Of a stretch of DNA of 64,000 nt, positions 29,601 to 43,200 are shown in pieces; the first letter of the stretch is position 1, and every line of letters starts with the position of its first letter. Location of the stretch: contig MQRK01221314.1 of the NCBI GenBank assembly GCA_001938485.1, positions 20,675 to 84,674 on the forward strand, in the 5' to 3' direction. The translations under genes and the position numbers were made by a program. This DNA comes from Girardia tigrina. Lineage: Eukaryota. The notes beneath the pieces are model-generated. The model saw nothing but the letters and a program-made list of their open reading frames with translations. It was not told the origin of the DNA and ran no database searches.

Positions 29601-32600
29601 TACTGATCGGTGTCGCTAGAAAAAGAGAATTCTGTAAATTATTTAACAAATTAAAAATATTGTTTCTCAAACGCAAATTTCATTGGAAAATTCAGTTAAA
29701 CATTCGTAGAATCGATTCAATGAAACATGTTCATTTCATTGTAAAAGGCGATTTTGGATTTTTGTACGACCAAAATAGAATCCAAAAGTTTAATTTTGAT
29801 TCTCAAACAGAAACATCATTATAAAAAATCCAAAAGTTTGATGTAAGAATTTCTAAATGAAAACTTTATAATAAGACATTTGTAAAAGCAAGGGTAGGGA
29901 ACCGAAATTCTTTGACAAAATGTTTTTTGAAGAACAGGTTTAGATAAAGTTCAAAAGATTTATGTTATACTATTAATTTAATTAAATATTTGTAGAAGGT
30001 TTCACGGAAGATGTATCAGAAGTTACTTTATCATTTTACAAAGGCAATGTTAAAAATTATATATTAAATATTAATATAGATTAATATTTTCCCATATAAT
30101 AAGTGATCTATTTCAGAAATTCAAGCTCCTTTATAGCCGTGGAAATATTTGATTCAAAACTCTACTTTGTATACAAATTTCCGAAAACGTGGAAGAGAGT
30201 CGGCCTGGGCAATGGAGATTCTGTCGTTAATAATAACAATCTTCAGAATGTTTACTTCGGTCGAGATTTATCAGGAAATTTAAAAGTAAATATGTTTTAG
30301 ATATTATTTTGTGTTTTTAATTTATAATTTTTTTCTTCTTTTGTGTACTTTCTTATGATATAAACAGAATCTTTAATTTGTCATGTTCAATTTTGAATAG
30401 GTCGTGATGGGTTCTGAAAATTTAAAATCTGCTTTAAAATTTGACGCGAATAATTTTTAAAATTTTAAAAATCTTGTCTCCATTATTTTCAATACAGGGG
30501 CAATGTTTTTGCAACACTAAGTCTATCAGTCATTCAACTGGATTAAAAATACCCAGGATTATCATAGAGAGACGTGTCGTCCTCTCTGCAATCAAGACTC
30601 CAGGAACATAATTAAAAGAAATGGAAAAATAATATCAGTCAAAACTGGAAAATTGCTTAGATAGTAAACCTGATAAAAGTAATTAAAAATTATGTATTTC
30701 TGGCTTAATCATTACTGGGTGAAAGTGATCTATGTGACACAATAATTATAAAATCAAAAGATCTTTAAGTCAATGTACAAACTCCATCCTCTTCAACTTT
30801 ATTGAAACTATTTTTGTATAATGATTACAAAAACATCTCCGGATCGAAAAATTAGATAGATATGTCATTGTTTGTTTTGCGTGTGAATGGCAGCTAATCC
30901 ATCGAAATTAATAGCAATAAAATTTGAGGAGAATTATTTGAATTTAAATTATTATTTTTAATTAAATAATAATATTCAAAAAGTGAAAAAACTGCTTACC
31001 GCTAGAAACCAACAGGACGGTAATAGATTAAAGCTTTTCATAATTGTTTTCAAATTATACAAAATTTAACTTTTACCTTTTAAGGTTATAGATTAATACA
31101 TGCGAATTATTTTAAGTCGAATATTAATTAATGGGTAGTAGTGCCTTGTCAATAATGATTCACAGAACTGCCGCTCATAATGGGAATCAAAGCCCTTATG
31201 CAAAACAGAAAACTCATTTGAATAAAGACACCTTAATTCTTAAAATGGTTATTTAAATAAAAATTGTTATTATTGGCCAATAATATTTAGTGTTCTTATG
31301 TTAGCATAACTATTTTTTTGATATTTTATTCTAATTAATTCGTAATGAGATTATTTATGATCATGATACAAGAAAACACTGAAACATGTCCCATAATCAT
31401 ATTTTTAAAAATGCCTTTATTAAGTTATAAAATTATTATATAATTAAGTTATATAATAAATAATGAATAAATGGTTTCTTGGGATAATCGCGAATTAAAC
31501 GCAAACCTGTTAATTTAGATCTGCAATATATTTTATTAATTTCTTAATAATATTTAATAATTATTTGTGTTAAGAGAATTCACACATTTTACACATTTTT
31601 ACATTCACAGTTTTTATCATCTATTTGGAAATCAATAGAATTGCTCTCACTTAAATTCATCACGCAATGTTCAATACTTCTCATTCCAATCTGAATTAAC
31701 TTGAAAAGAATATTTCATTCTCTTCCATTAGTCCCCCGCTTTCGCAATCCTTTCAACATTTTTGTTCCACCCCTAAAACCCAAATCCCTAACCATCATGC
31801 CCCAATGTCTCAAGATGATCTCTTCCCCCCAATTCTACCACACAAAATCCCATTGGAACACCCTTATCTACATTAGAATCCCCACGAACATCCAATTGTC
31901 CTGTCTCCACATTTGAAAGTCCCTTTCCTAGCACTCAAGATATCAGTAATATCAACATATCCATCTCAGAAGCTCAAGTGAATAATATTATTGATAATAT
32001 TATATGCAAAATTCCAATTGATAGATATAGTTCACAAATAATCGACAAGGCTGTCAAGGTATTTAGGAGTAATCAAATTCCAAGGGGACCTGAGGATATT
32101 ATGTGTGCCCTCCTAAACATGTTCAGTAGAACTTATTCTATTCCTAAAGAAACACTTTTTAAGAATAGGAAATCATCGGCTACACACAGGAAATTTGTGG
32201 AGGCAGAAGTTCTTAAGCAACTTGAAACACCGAACTCGTCGGCCTGACTAAATAACTTCACGCCATTAAATAACCTAATTAGACTTTCCAATTCCTTACT
32301 TGATCTACCAACAGGCCTCCATAGCTCCCCAATTGCTGGTAGTGACATCGACAACTTTTTCAACCACTTCTCCAAAAACGATATTATACTATATATCCCT
32401 ACTGAAATTACATCAGAGCTTGCACTCATTCACCTAAATTCTCCAGAAATTTCGATCAAAAACACAATGCTTGCACACACATCTAAAATCATTATCCCAC
32501 TTAAAATTGAAGAACATCACTGGATCCTGATGATAATCGATTTTAACCATATGCAATCCTTCTGGATTGATCCATTAGGAAGCAAATCCCCCTTTTATCA

Positions 32601-35600
32601 CAGTACTGAAATAATATGTAAAATTATTTTTAATAAATTTTTAAACTATGATAAAATGTTTGGGATGTAAACTCCATTCTTTTACATGCTTGACTTTCCA
32701 CTCCAAGATAATCCTGCTGATTGCGAGTCCCTGATATGTTACTATATGCTACGGCTTTGTTTCCCAACTGTTGCGCCCCGTATTTCAGTTCTACAAATTG
32801 ATCATAATTGACCAGACATGAACACAAATACATATGTCTGACCGATGGATTGCCATCGGTTATTTGTACTCGAAGAATCTCACTCAGTGTCTACGGAGCA
32901 ATATCAGATCACTTCCAAGAAGAAAAACCATGTTATATAAATATAATTTTGAACATTTTATTTAAAATATTTAATTTAAATTTTATTGGCTAAAATAAAA
33001 TTACTTTTTATAATCATTTAAAGCATTAATTTGATTTTAATTAAACATTTACAAAAATAAATTCAGTAAAATTATTTATAATTTGCAATAAAAATAAATT
33101 AAAAATTTGAATAAACTAGTTTCAGATCATAAGCATTAAAATATTGATCATCCATCTGATTAGGAGAGACACAATCCCACATCAACACACAACATTTAAA
33201 CATGCAAACACAAAACAATACACAAAAACATCAACACACCAATAATGTCTAAATATATATCTATTCCGTATACTTTTGTATATATTTAATTTTCAGAAAC
33301 ACGTTACCCTTAGATGATCTTTTTGTCTAACATACTTTTTTATAACTGTTTATCTTTATTTATCTTTAGGTTTTTATCAACAAAAAAGAAATGCTAAACA
33401 ACGTACCAATTCCGAGAGAATTTGTCAATTCCTCTTCGGTCATCGGGTATTATGGTAATATCAAATTAATGCCACGAGAAATACTCTCAAAAAGTGGTTT
33501 CGTTGGATGTATCCACTTTGTTGGAGTAAACGACGTAGGATACCTCAATTTTTCCAGGTAATTATCTGTCTTAAATTTCATTGATAGTCTACATGATAAT
33601 AGATGGTCTCCAATCTTCAACCCTTCGTACGACTACTTCGGACTATCTCACCAATTGAATGGGATGTTTCTTATCGGAAACTGTCTGTTGTCCTCCACAA
33701 TGTCTTGTGAAGCCTCTCCTTGCCTGGGGGGTTGGTGTCAGACTACGTCAATTTCGGCCACCGGACAATTATTTAACAATTATAAATGCAATTGTCTTTA
33801 TTCTAGCAAATCATTAAGCAACAATTTTTATGGATCATCAGAAATTGATTATTTTAACATATGGATCAGAAATTATTTACTGGATTCCCGATCGAAGCCG
33901 TGTAGCGAAGGTAAAATAATATTAATTAATACAGTTTCGACTTTTTGATTTAGACAAATTTTAATAATTTTGTTTACATTAAAATTCATTACGATTTTTT
34001 GCATTTTTTTACTTTACCCGAGGAACAGCAAAACGTCTTATGGGATATTTGACATTTACGGATTGCAGTGGCAGTTTTTGTCTCGCCCATCGAGTATGGG
34101 AATGGGATCTGAAAACTGATTAGGGAGATCACTAGCAAGGAGGATTCATACTGTCTGCCTGCAGCATTTTGGTTGCAGGAACAATATTGAAATAAGAATT
34201 CTAACTATCTGATATATGTGTAATACAATTTGAGCAATGGTCTATTCCCCTCCTCTTGATTCGGGTTCTCGTCTCCGTGTATCTCACGCATATGCAATGA
34301 GCTCAATATACATATAGACCTTTGGTTTCTACACTTCTTGAGATTGTTTAAATTTAATCATAATCTTATAAAACGTCATCATTCTTTGAAAGAGTTTGTA
34401 AATTGAAGCATCGTTAAGAGGGTATTTCAAATATTTTTTAATATTTTCTGAAATTTATAAGAAGAATTTCGTAATAAAAACGAATGTTAGAGATTAATTA
34501 TATATCTTACACAAAGATTCAGTAAAAATTGACGGGGAATAACCGATGTGAAAGAGAACAAATTTTGACAATGATACAATCATTATAAAACGGATTCAAG
34601 ACAAAACTGGCGCCTGTTTTAGACGGCAACGAACTTCTGACTCATATTTAGTAATCAATAAATCTAGATTTTGGATAATTGTTTTTATAATTATTATATT
34701 TTATATCTTTTGTACGAATAAGTTTTTATTTGGTTGAGTTGTTATTTTTCTACAAGCAAGATACTGAAGACCATATGAACAAGATGTTTTGCAGAGTATT
34801 CTGTTATTTCGCTTTAAGTATATTTAATACTGTACTTAATTTGTGTTCCTTTATTTTTCTTATCATTTCATGTTACTAATTCATTCTATAATTAACAACC
34901 TAGAAAACACAAAAATAAGGGCTTTATTTTTCTAATGTGTACAAACTTTGTAGAGTACATATATTTATGTGTAATACTTGTGAGAACTTATGTGATAATT
35001 GGGTGCTTGACCTTTGCTTGACAATATTTGAGTTTACGGGTTATGTTAAATAAAAAGGTTGAAATGTAAGTTTGAAAATTTGTAAATATAAGGGTCAGTA
35101 AAAACTAGAGATGTTGCGAGTTCATATTGAAAATTGGGAGAATGGGATTCTGTTGAACATCTTTAATACTTAACAAACATTTGTATTATATTATATTATA
35201 TTTGGTAATATATTATATTATATTCATTTATGTATCAGTGGTGGATCTCATTCTTCTCAAACATTTGACATATTTAAAAACAAAAGACGGCTCGAATTAT
35301 ACGACAATGGTCAAAGCAGTTGGCTTGTTTCACGTATAAAAATATATGAAGATAGACCGAGACCCACATAAAGCACCATACGGCCAAAAGAAACTTGAAA
35401 GCCCGACAGCATTTGTTGTTCTTCTAAAATATTCCTGGACAATATTCAAAAATATTTCTTATTTATACACAAAGAACTTGTTATTTGTATCGAACTTTTA
35501 TGAGAAATAATCAATAAATAAAAATGAATCAAAATTCATAATAAAACAGTGATAAAAGTTATGAAAATTTAGTAGAAAATAATAAATTATTTAAACCAAA

Positions 35601-38600
35601 GAAGTATTTCTGTAAATAAATCTCGCAATATTTTCTATGTTGCTGCATGACAGAAAAATTAATTAATTAATTAAAATAAATAACTGCAGCGATTGGTCAA
35701 GTGGGGCAAGTTGCAAATGTTACTCCGGATGAACACAGATAGACGTGGCGGATCATGGAATTTAGGCGGTGAACTGTGGCATAGGTCGCTCGTTTCGATC
35801 CCCAGGATCCCCACAAACTGCCGCGTTGATATTTCGCTGATCCCGTTGATCTGAATATTTACTTCAGATTGCATTACGTATTTATTTATTTAGACGGGAG
35901 ATTTTGGGGTTTACCAGTGCCAGAAACAGATGGTCGTGGCAATATTTGTTGAGAATCTATCCAAATTATTTATTTATTTTAAAAACGTGTTTTATTAATG
36001 CAAAATATGCATATTATTTATTTTATCTTTACAGATTGCAGCTCTAAAAATTATTAGGTTGTCAAGTGTGAAATTTGTAGGCAGATTACAATCAATTCAA
36101 ATAGTTGTAATTTGACAATGACTTAACATTTTGTTGCTCAGTTGTTTTTGTTTGATTGCTACACATATTGGCTATTTAACACATGAATAAAAATTAATTA
36201 GCATTATGAATAACTTGTTTTAATAATAACTATTATAAAAAATGGATAAAGCAGGAAAACTATTAACTATTATTAAATATGAGTTCCCATTTGGAACCTC
36301 AGCATCAGAAACCATGAAAAGATCAATAGTGTATAATCCTACTATGCAGCAGACAGTCTCAAATCTTTTCAGGAAATTCGTGAAAGGTAATTTTAACCTG
36401 AATAATGAGTTTCAGGGTTGCCCAGGAAAACAGGTAAACAATAACGATCTGAAGGTAACCTAGGAGTCAGATCCATCACAAAGTGTTCATCATTTATTGT
36501 TAAAGTTTACTGTTAAAAAACAAACAATAATGAATCCCTTAGCTTAAATTGGTAATGTGAAAAAGTTAGATGAGTGGATTACATATGAGTTGAATGAAAA
36601 ATAGAAACAAAAGCATTTGGATGCATGCTTTCTCGTTATAAATGTGATCAATTTTTGAATCAAATAGTCATTAGTGATAAAAATTGGATCCATTATGATA
36701 ATTGCAAACGTTCAGCAAGCTTTATGAAAATGAATAAGGAACCAAAACACAGTCGAAACACAACATTAATCAAAGAAGCTGATTGGGAGTGTTTGGTGGT
36801 TTGCCGCAGGTTTAATCCATTATGACCTGGACTGTGTATTGAAGTGCCTACTAATTTGGTTGAAACTTTTCCCTGTGGAATTTGACACCCGATTTATGCA
36901 TGTTCTAATCCAATTTTTCTTTTTTCTTTTTACGATCCATAATTTTGCTGTTTCCTCGCCAGTGGTGATCGAAATAATTTGACGAACATTTCACAAATAA
37001 TTAAAAAAATAAAAACTATTATTAATATAAGGAAAATATATTTATTTTATTAAATACATTTTTTTCATGGAGATTCTAGTTTTGCCCGTCGGGCGAAGTG
37101 GGAGAATTATTATCGGTCAGATATTCCATCAGACCAGCACCCAACATCTTTCACAACAGATGCCTTCTGCAACCAATTGAAAGATATGAGATAGAAAATC
37201 AATAAAAAACAGCCGAGTTTGGTAAACAGTTCGACTTCCATCTTGTTTTATGACAATGCAAAACCATACACTCTACTCAAGACCGTGACAAAAAATACAG
37301 GAACTTGAATTGGAACTTCTGCACCATTATCCATACTCACCAGACCTAATCCCAACTTATAACCAGTTTTTCCTCAATTTGAACAACTTTTTGATAAGAA
37401 AGGAATTCTATTCCGAAGATATCCTAAAAATGGTCTTCCAGGAATTTATATGGGAGGAATATTTGGAATGTTGATGTATTGCGTAGTGTTTGCATGTTTA
37501 AATGTTGTGTGTTGATTTGGGATTGTGCCTCTCCTAATCAGATGGATGATTAATATTTTAATTCTTATAATCTGAAACTAATTTATTCAAATTTACATTT
37601 AATATTCAAAATTTTAATTTATTATTATTGTAAATTTTAAATAATTTTATTAATTGTATTTTTTTAATTTTTTAAATAATTCAATAAAAACTAATGCTTT
37701 TAAATGATTATAAAAAGTAATTTTATTTTAACCAATAAAATTTAAAGTAAATATGTTAAATAAAATAATCATTTTCAAGTTAGTTCAGATTTGGGATGAG
37801 AAGTACAAAACATTGAGTGATGCAATACTAAGTTAGAGCAATACTATCGATTATCATAGAGATGATCAAAATTGTGAATGTAATAAATGATCAGTCAAAT
37901 GTGTGAGTTCTCTTAACATTATAGATTCTCATCCACATAAGTTTTATTCAGATGGCCTCAATAAGCTGCCACTCAAATGGCAAAGGTTTCGATAATATGG
38001 TTTCGTACTTTGATGAATGACATAAATATTTGTATTAGTAAATTATCAATAAACATTGAATTTAGTTCTACAAGTTTCATACTTGCGACCTAATATTGTG
38101 TTTAAATTACAGTAAAGGTTCCAATAATTAAATCAATGTTTGTTAAAATGATTCTCAACAGTCATGATTACATTTTATAAAGAATGTACAAAAGTTATGG
38201 GGCTTCCTAAATGTTTCCTAATCGAATGCTGTCCGTGACGTACACAATATTTCTTGGATTTTTCCTTTTGTAATTGTTAATAAAAGATATATTATAAATT
38301 TTCATTAATTATCAGTTTTTTATTAATTTAATTTTCAATAATCATCAACTGTTAGTTTATTTGTTCAGAAACTGCTCAAATTTTAATAATAAAAAAGGGT
38401 TCCCTTAGTATAAATTTCAAAATCCCATTTCCATTTGAGTCCGTTGTTGATGTGGAGTTTATTTTGTTATTGCATCAGGAAGATGGATGCATTTTGAAGA
38501 TATCAGATGATCGATATGATTTAGAGGTAATGGTTGTCAAGGGGTCTATTAGGTTGAAGGTACCCGATCAACTGGTGAGTGTATTGAATTGAATGGTGTT

Positions 38601-40216
38601 CTATTATGATGATCTTTAGATATCTCTGGATGAATTAGTGATCAACGACAACCAATGGCACGGAATACATCTTAAGGTTAGATTCGGATTCGTTCAAATA
38701 AAGGTTGATAGTGTTATAAAAGGTATAAAATTACTTCTGTTATTTTTTTATAATGTATAATTTTGTAAAGTTTTCCATTATTCGAAATTTGTATTTTCAA
38801 TTGCTTCTTCAATAATCATCGGTCAATGTTCAAGTATCAAAGAATCTCATTTTGCCATAAAAAATCTTCTTTATAATCAATTGAATATTCTCCAAACTTT
38901 CTATGAGTCCCCACTTGACAAAAATCTTTTTTATGATATTCACTATGTATACCCGGACTCCCAAACCATTGGACCTATAAAGGGACGCCAATCCCATAAT
39001 TTCCCAATAACCTTTCTTAACAATTTTAACAATGCCAAGCTACAACAGCCCATGAAATTGTCATGGTCAAACGAAATAGAATTTCAAATGAAAACCTTTT
39101 CTTCTGGATCATTTTTGCATTTAACAAACAAGAAGAAAAAATTGTCTATAGTTTATTCTGATAAGGAAACTCTCACTTTTATTTACAAAAATGAATATTT
39201 TAATTCAGAAAAGTTTTCATTTTTGGTTGGGAACCACACAACCAGGGCAAGATTAATGTTTGACTTAATAAAAGGCGTCCTTCAGTATACAAATATTGTT
39301 ACAAACCGTACATATTTGATATCAAAAGATTTATTTTCTTGGAATATCGACGATGAAATGCAAATTGAATTTGGTAGAAATATTAACTACTCAAAGGATG
39401 TTTCTTCCAATTTTCTTCAAGATAATCTTTTAGGCGAAGTTATGAATGAATCGGTCATTGGATGTCTTCAAACCTTTTCAGTGAGAAACGATAAATCAAC
39501 TCTTAACATCAATGAAATGTGGACACAAATTATGCAAGTCAATCCTTCTTCATCAATAATCTTTGGAAAGTGCAAAAGTAATTTTCACTCATTGATACTC
39601 TCTTATTTACAATATAACGACCCTCATAATAAAAATAATAGTTTTGGAATTTTCAAAGTTATATATTTATATTATGTTCAGAATTTTTTAAAGTTTCCAG
39701 TTTGGTGTAACCTAAAAAAATGTAGGTGTACAGAATAACCTTTATATTTTTCTCTAAAATTGTTACATCACACATGCACACTGAATTTAAAGATTAAGAA
39801 CAAAAAAATGTCTTATACTTATTAAATAAGTATACAATTATAAATGACCTTGTGTAGTTGTGTGTATGTGCGAGAGGGAAAGAGAGTGGGTGGAAAGCAG
39901 TGTGTATCTTTTTAAGGAACCTTAGCTTTACTTATAAATACATAAATTTTTGGGTGTATATCTAAAAAAATTTGGTGTACATTGTACACCCAAAATGGCC
40001 TTAAAAACCCTGTTATATTTATTATTATTATTACTTTGAAACATTCTCTCTCACTGAAAATTGGATCGTTCGATCATTTCGTCTAATAAAAGAAAATCGT
40101 ATTATTTGATTGACAGTTTCACTGATCTTTTAACAGATGTCGCTGTATATATATAAACGATATAATTTATAAAGATATGTAATAATTAATTTAAAGTAAA
40201 TATTAACTAATTTAGT

Positions 40217-40247
<31 letters not shown>

Positions 40248-43200
40248 AGATATAATAATTGAAAAATAATTTAACATTGTTCATGTTTTAAATGTACAAT
40301 TAAATTAAAAAATAACGTCAAACCGAGTCAGTTATTACTTCATCGATTTCTTAGTTAATAACCGAGAGAATAGTTAATGTACCGGGTTTGAGAGACAGCG
40401 AATATATTGGCTTGCTGTGATTACTTAACCAATCAGAGCGCGTTTCACGTGACAATAAAAATTTTAGTGATTTAAAAACACATTTTGTTTTACAGTGTTG
40501 TGGTGGTCACTTATTCGATTTTTTTTGTATAATTTTAAAAATCGAATATATCTGAGTGATGTACGAGTTAATTTTAACTAAAGAATTTATTTAGTTTGTT
40601 TTGTGACTATAGTAAATAAAATAATTTTTGATCTCGAACCAAAATAAAATGATAATTGGTCTGAACAATTTAAAATGGGCTTAGCACGAAATTTCCATGC
40701 TATTGTGTCTATGCTACCACCGTCTGGTCTTTGAACAACCGGCAAACTTGATGAAATAGGAATATAAAAATATACTATTAAATAATTTTATCTAAAATAA
40801 AAAAGTACTAAAATCAATAATGATGCAAAAAATAATATAATATTTAATATAATAATAATTGAAAGTCCCCATGATTTCAGGTGTAACAAAGTGTCTTTCA
40901 GATTACTGTATAAATGGAATATGCAAAACTCATAACTTTACGGAAGTATTTTGTGATTGTTCTCTCACCGAATTTCAAGGAACTCGTTGTCACATTCCTA
41001 AATTAAAGTGCGATTTAAAAAGATGTAAAAACAACGGGAAATGTTTGGAAATCTCTGGAGATATTAACTGCCAGTGTAATGGAACTGGATTTAGTGGCCC
41101 TTCTTGTGAGGTACCTTTATGCCGAAATGAATCTTGTCTGAATAATGGAATATGTTACACAATTGGGAATTTACCTCGATGTAACTGTACAACAACTGCT
41201 TTCATGGGAAACCACTGTGAGATATCAAAATGTAATTCAGAAAGGTGTAGTGATCAGGGATCGTGTTCTGTCCATCCCAGATATAAAACGGTCACATGTC
41301 ATTGCAAATTGGGTTACTTTGGAAACAAATGCGAGGAAAATAGTTTTAAAAATTGCTTTGTTAAATGCCAAAATAAAGGTGTTTGTTCTCGTTACAGTCC
41401 TTTCGTCAAACTTTGTTCTGACAATTATTGTCAATCATCTGAAACATATTCCTGTGATTGTGATCATACAAACTTCCGCGGACCTTACTGCGATCAAGGT
41501 AATTTTTAAACGACATAAACCTTTTTGAAAATTCTTCAGCCGAAGTTGGATTCAACCCAGTCGATGATGGAGTGATAATAATGAATCAAATTTCCATTCA
41601 AAAATATAATTACCTTCGAATTTTATTTCAACAATTCGACAGTAAAAAAGGAGCGTCATTGATGCATATCGCGTACAAAAAGGATCATTTCCTGGATTTG
41701 TTTGTGGTAAACATTATTTGTTATACTTTTCTATTAGCTAGGTGATAATGTTCTGTCCATATATTCTGAGTTAAAACTATAGTTACAACTGTAAAACAGA
41801 ATATTTATTTGTGAACTGTCTTCTTTAAAAAGGTGATATATAGACCTAAAAATTTATTTCTTCTCTTACATCGATTTCGTATTTTAAGGTTTACGTGGTC
41901 AGTTAAAGAAGTACCTGACCTAAGGTAAAAAAGTATAACAGCAAATTTTAGTTTTTTGTGAGGTTAAATAAATTAATATATATTTTAATTTCAGTAATTA
42001 TTAAATTTAATTATATAATTAAATTTTGAATTTTCGTCAGTTCGATGATTTCAGGCGTGAAACATTGCAGCTTTATCAAATTCTTTGTCTCACAGAAAAA
42101 AGATGAGCAGGGAAATCTACAATCTTTTACAGTCAGCCTATCTACATGACTATCCATCTCTGAAAACTGTTAAATATTGAGTTTTTAAGATGATCGCACC
42201 TCTGTTTGAGAAAATAGTCCCAGAATAGCTTTGAATTACCATGAAAATGCTGTCGATGAAGATCAACATTATTGTTGGTATAGTCCACGCCAAATGGAAG
42301 TCTGTGGGTATCGGAAAACTGTGCTCCAGATTCATACCCCGCTTTTTAACTGGTAAAATAATGCTAAACAGCTTATAGTGTAGTCAGAATAACTTGAAAC
42401 TGTGGGACCAGAATGTGAAACCTTGGCAAATCAAATTACGGAGCATAAAGTCTCTCCGTATGTATTTATCGGGAATAAAGCGAGAGTTAGCAGAGTTGAA
42501 GATACCTGGAGGGATACACTCTTGGAAAATGCGAAAGGGAAAAGTCATGGACAAGCAATGATGTTTTCCCTTTTCTATCAAAAAGGTGTTATCTTCATGG
42601 ATTTCGTGGATAAAGCACTACCATCACCGCTGCCTATCACAGTCGATTCATGGCAACCAAGAGATATAAAAAGCACAAGCAGAAGAACATGTCACTGTGG
42701 TTTCTCCATGATTATGCACCAGTATACAGTGAACAAAAGTGGGCATCTTTCAGGCCATAATTGAAGGTGCTGAACTAGTGCTTGTGGGTCATCCATCGTA
42801 CAGCCCAGATTTTGAGCCGAGCAATTTTTATGTTTTCAGACACAAAAAAAGAATTTGAAAGAGATCTTGTTTGAATTCAAAGACAACATGAATGTTGCCG
42901 TAGAAGATTTCTTCCCTGCGTACCCCTAGAATCTTTCAAAAAGGCGTTTTCTGAGGTGATTATGTTTCTGGGAAGTTTGTAATGCGCAATGGACATTGTG
43001 TTGAAACATGCTGCATACCTACGTCTTTTTTTTCGTTTTTAAAATGGTCTGTTTTGGAATTTGTTTTTGTTGTCAGGTCTGGCACTTATTGAAAACACTA
43101 AGTAGCATTGTTTTCTTAAAGTGTGACCCATTTACGATTTGTTCCATCCGGTCGCTTTTTTGAAAAATTTGCCGCAAATAATCAGATTGCTGACATAATA

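Noticed and set aside
41738-41782. Candidate exon after a 31-nt intron
   Set aside because: Stops within 15 codons mid-domain; 43730 continues the LamG properly
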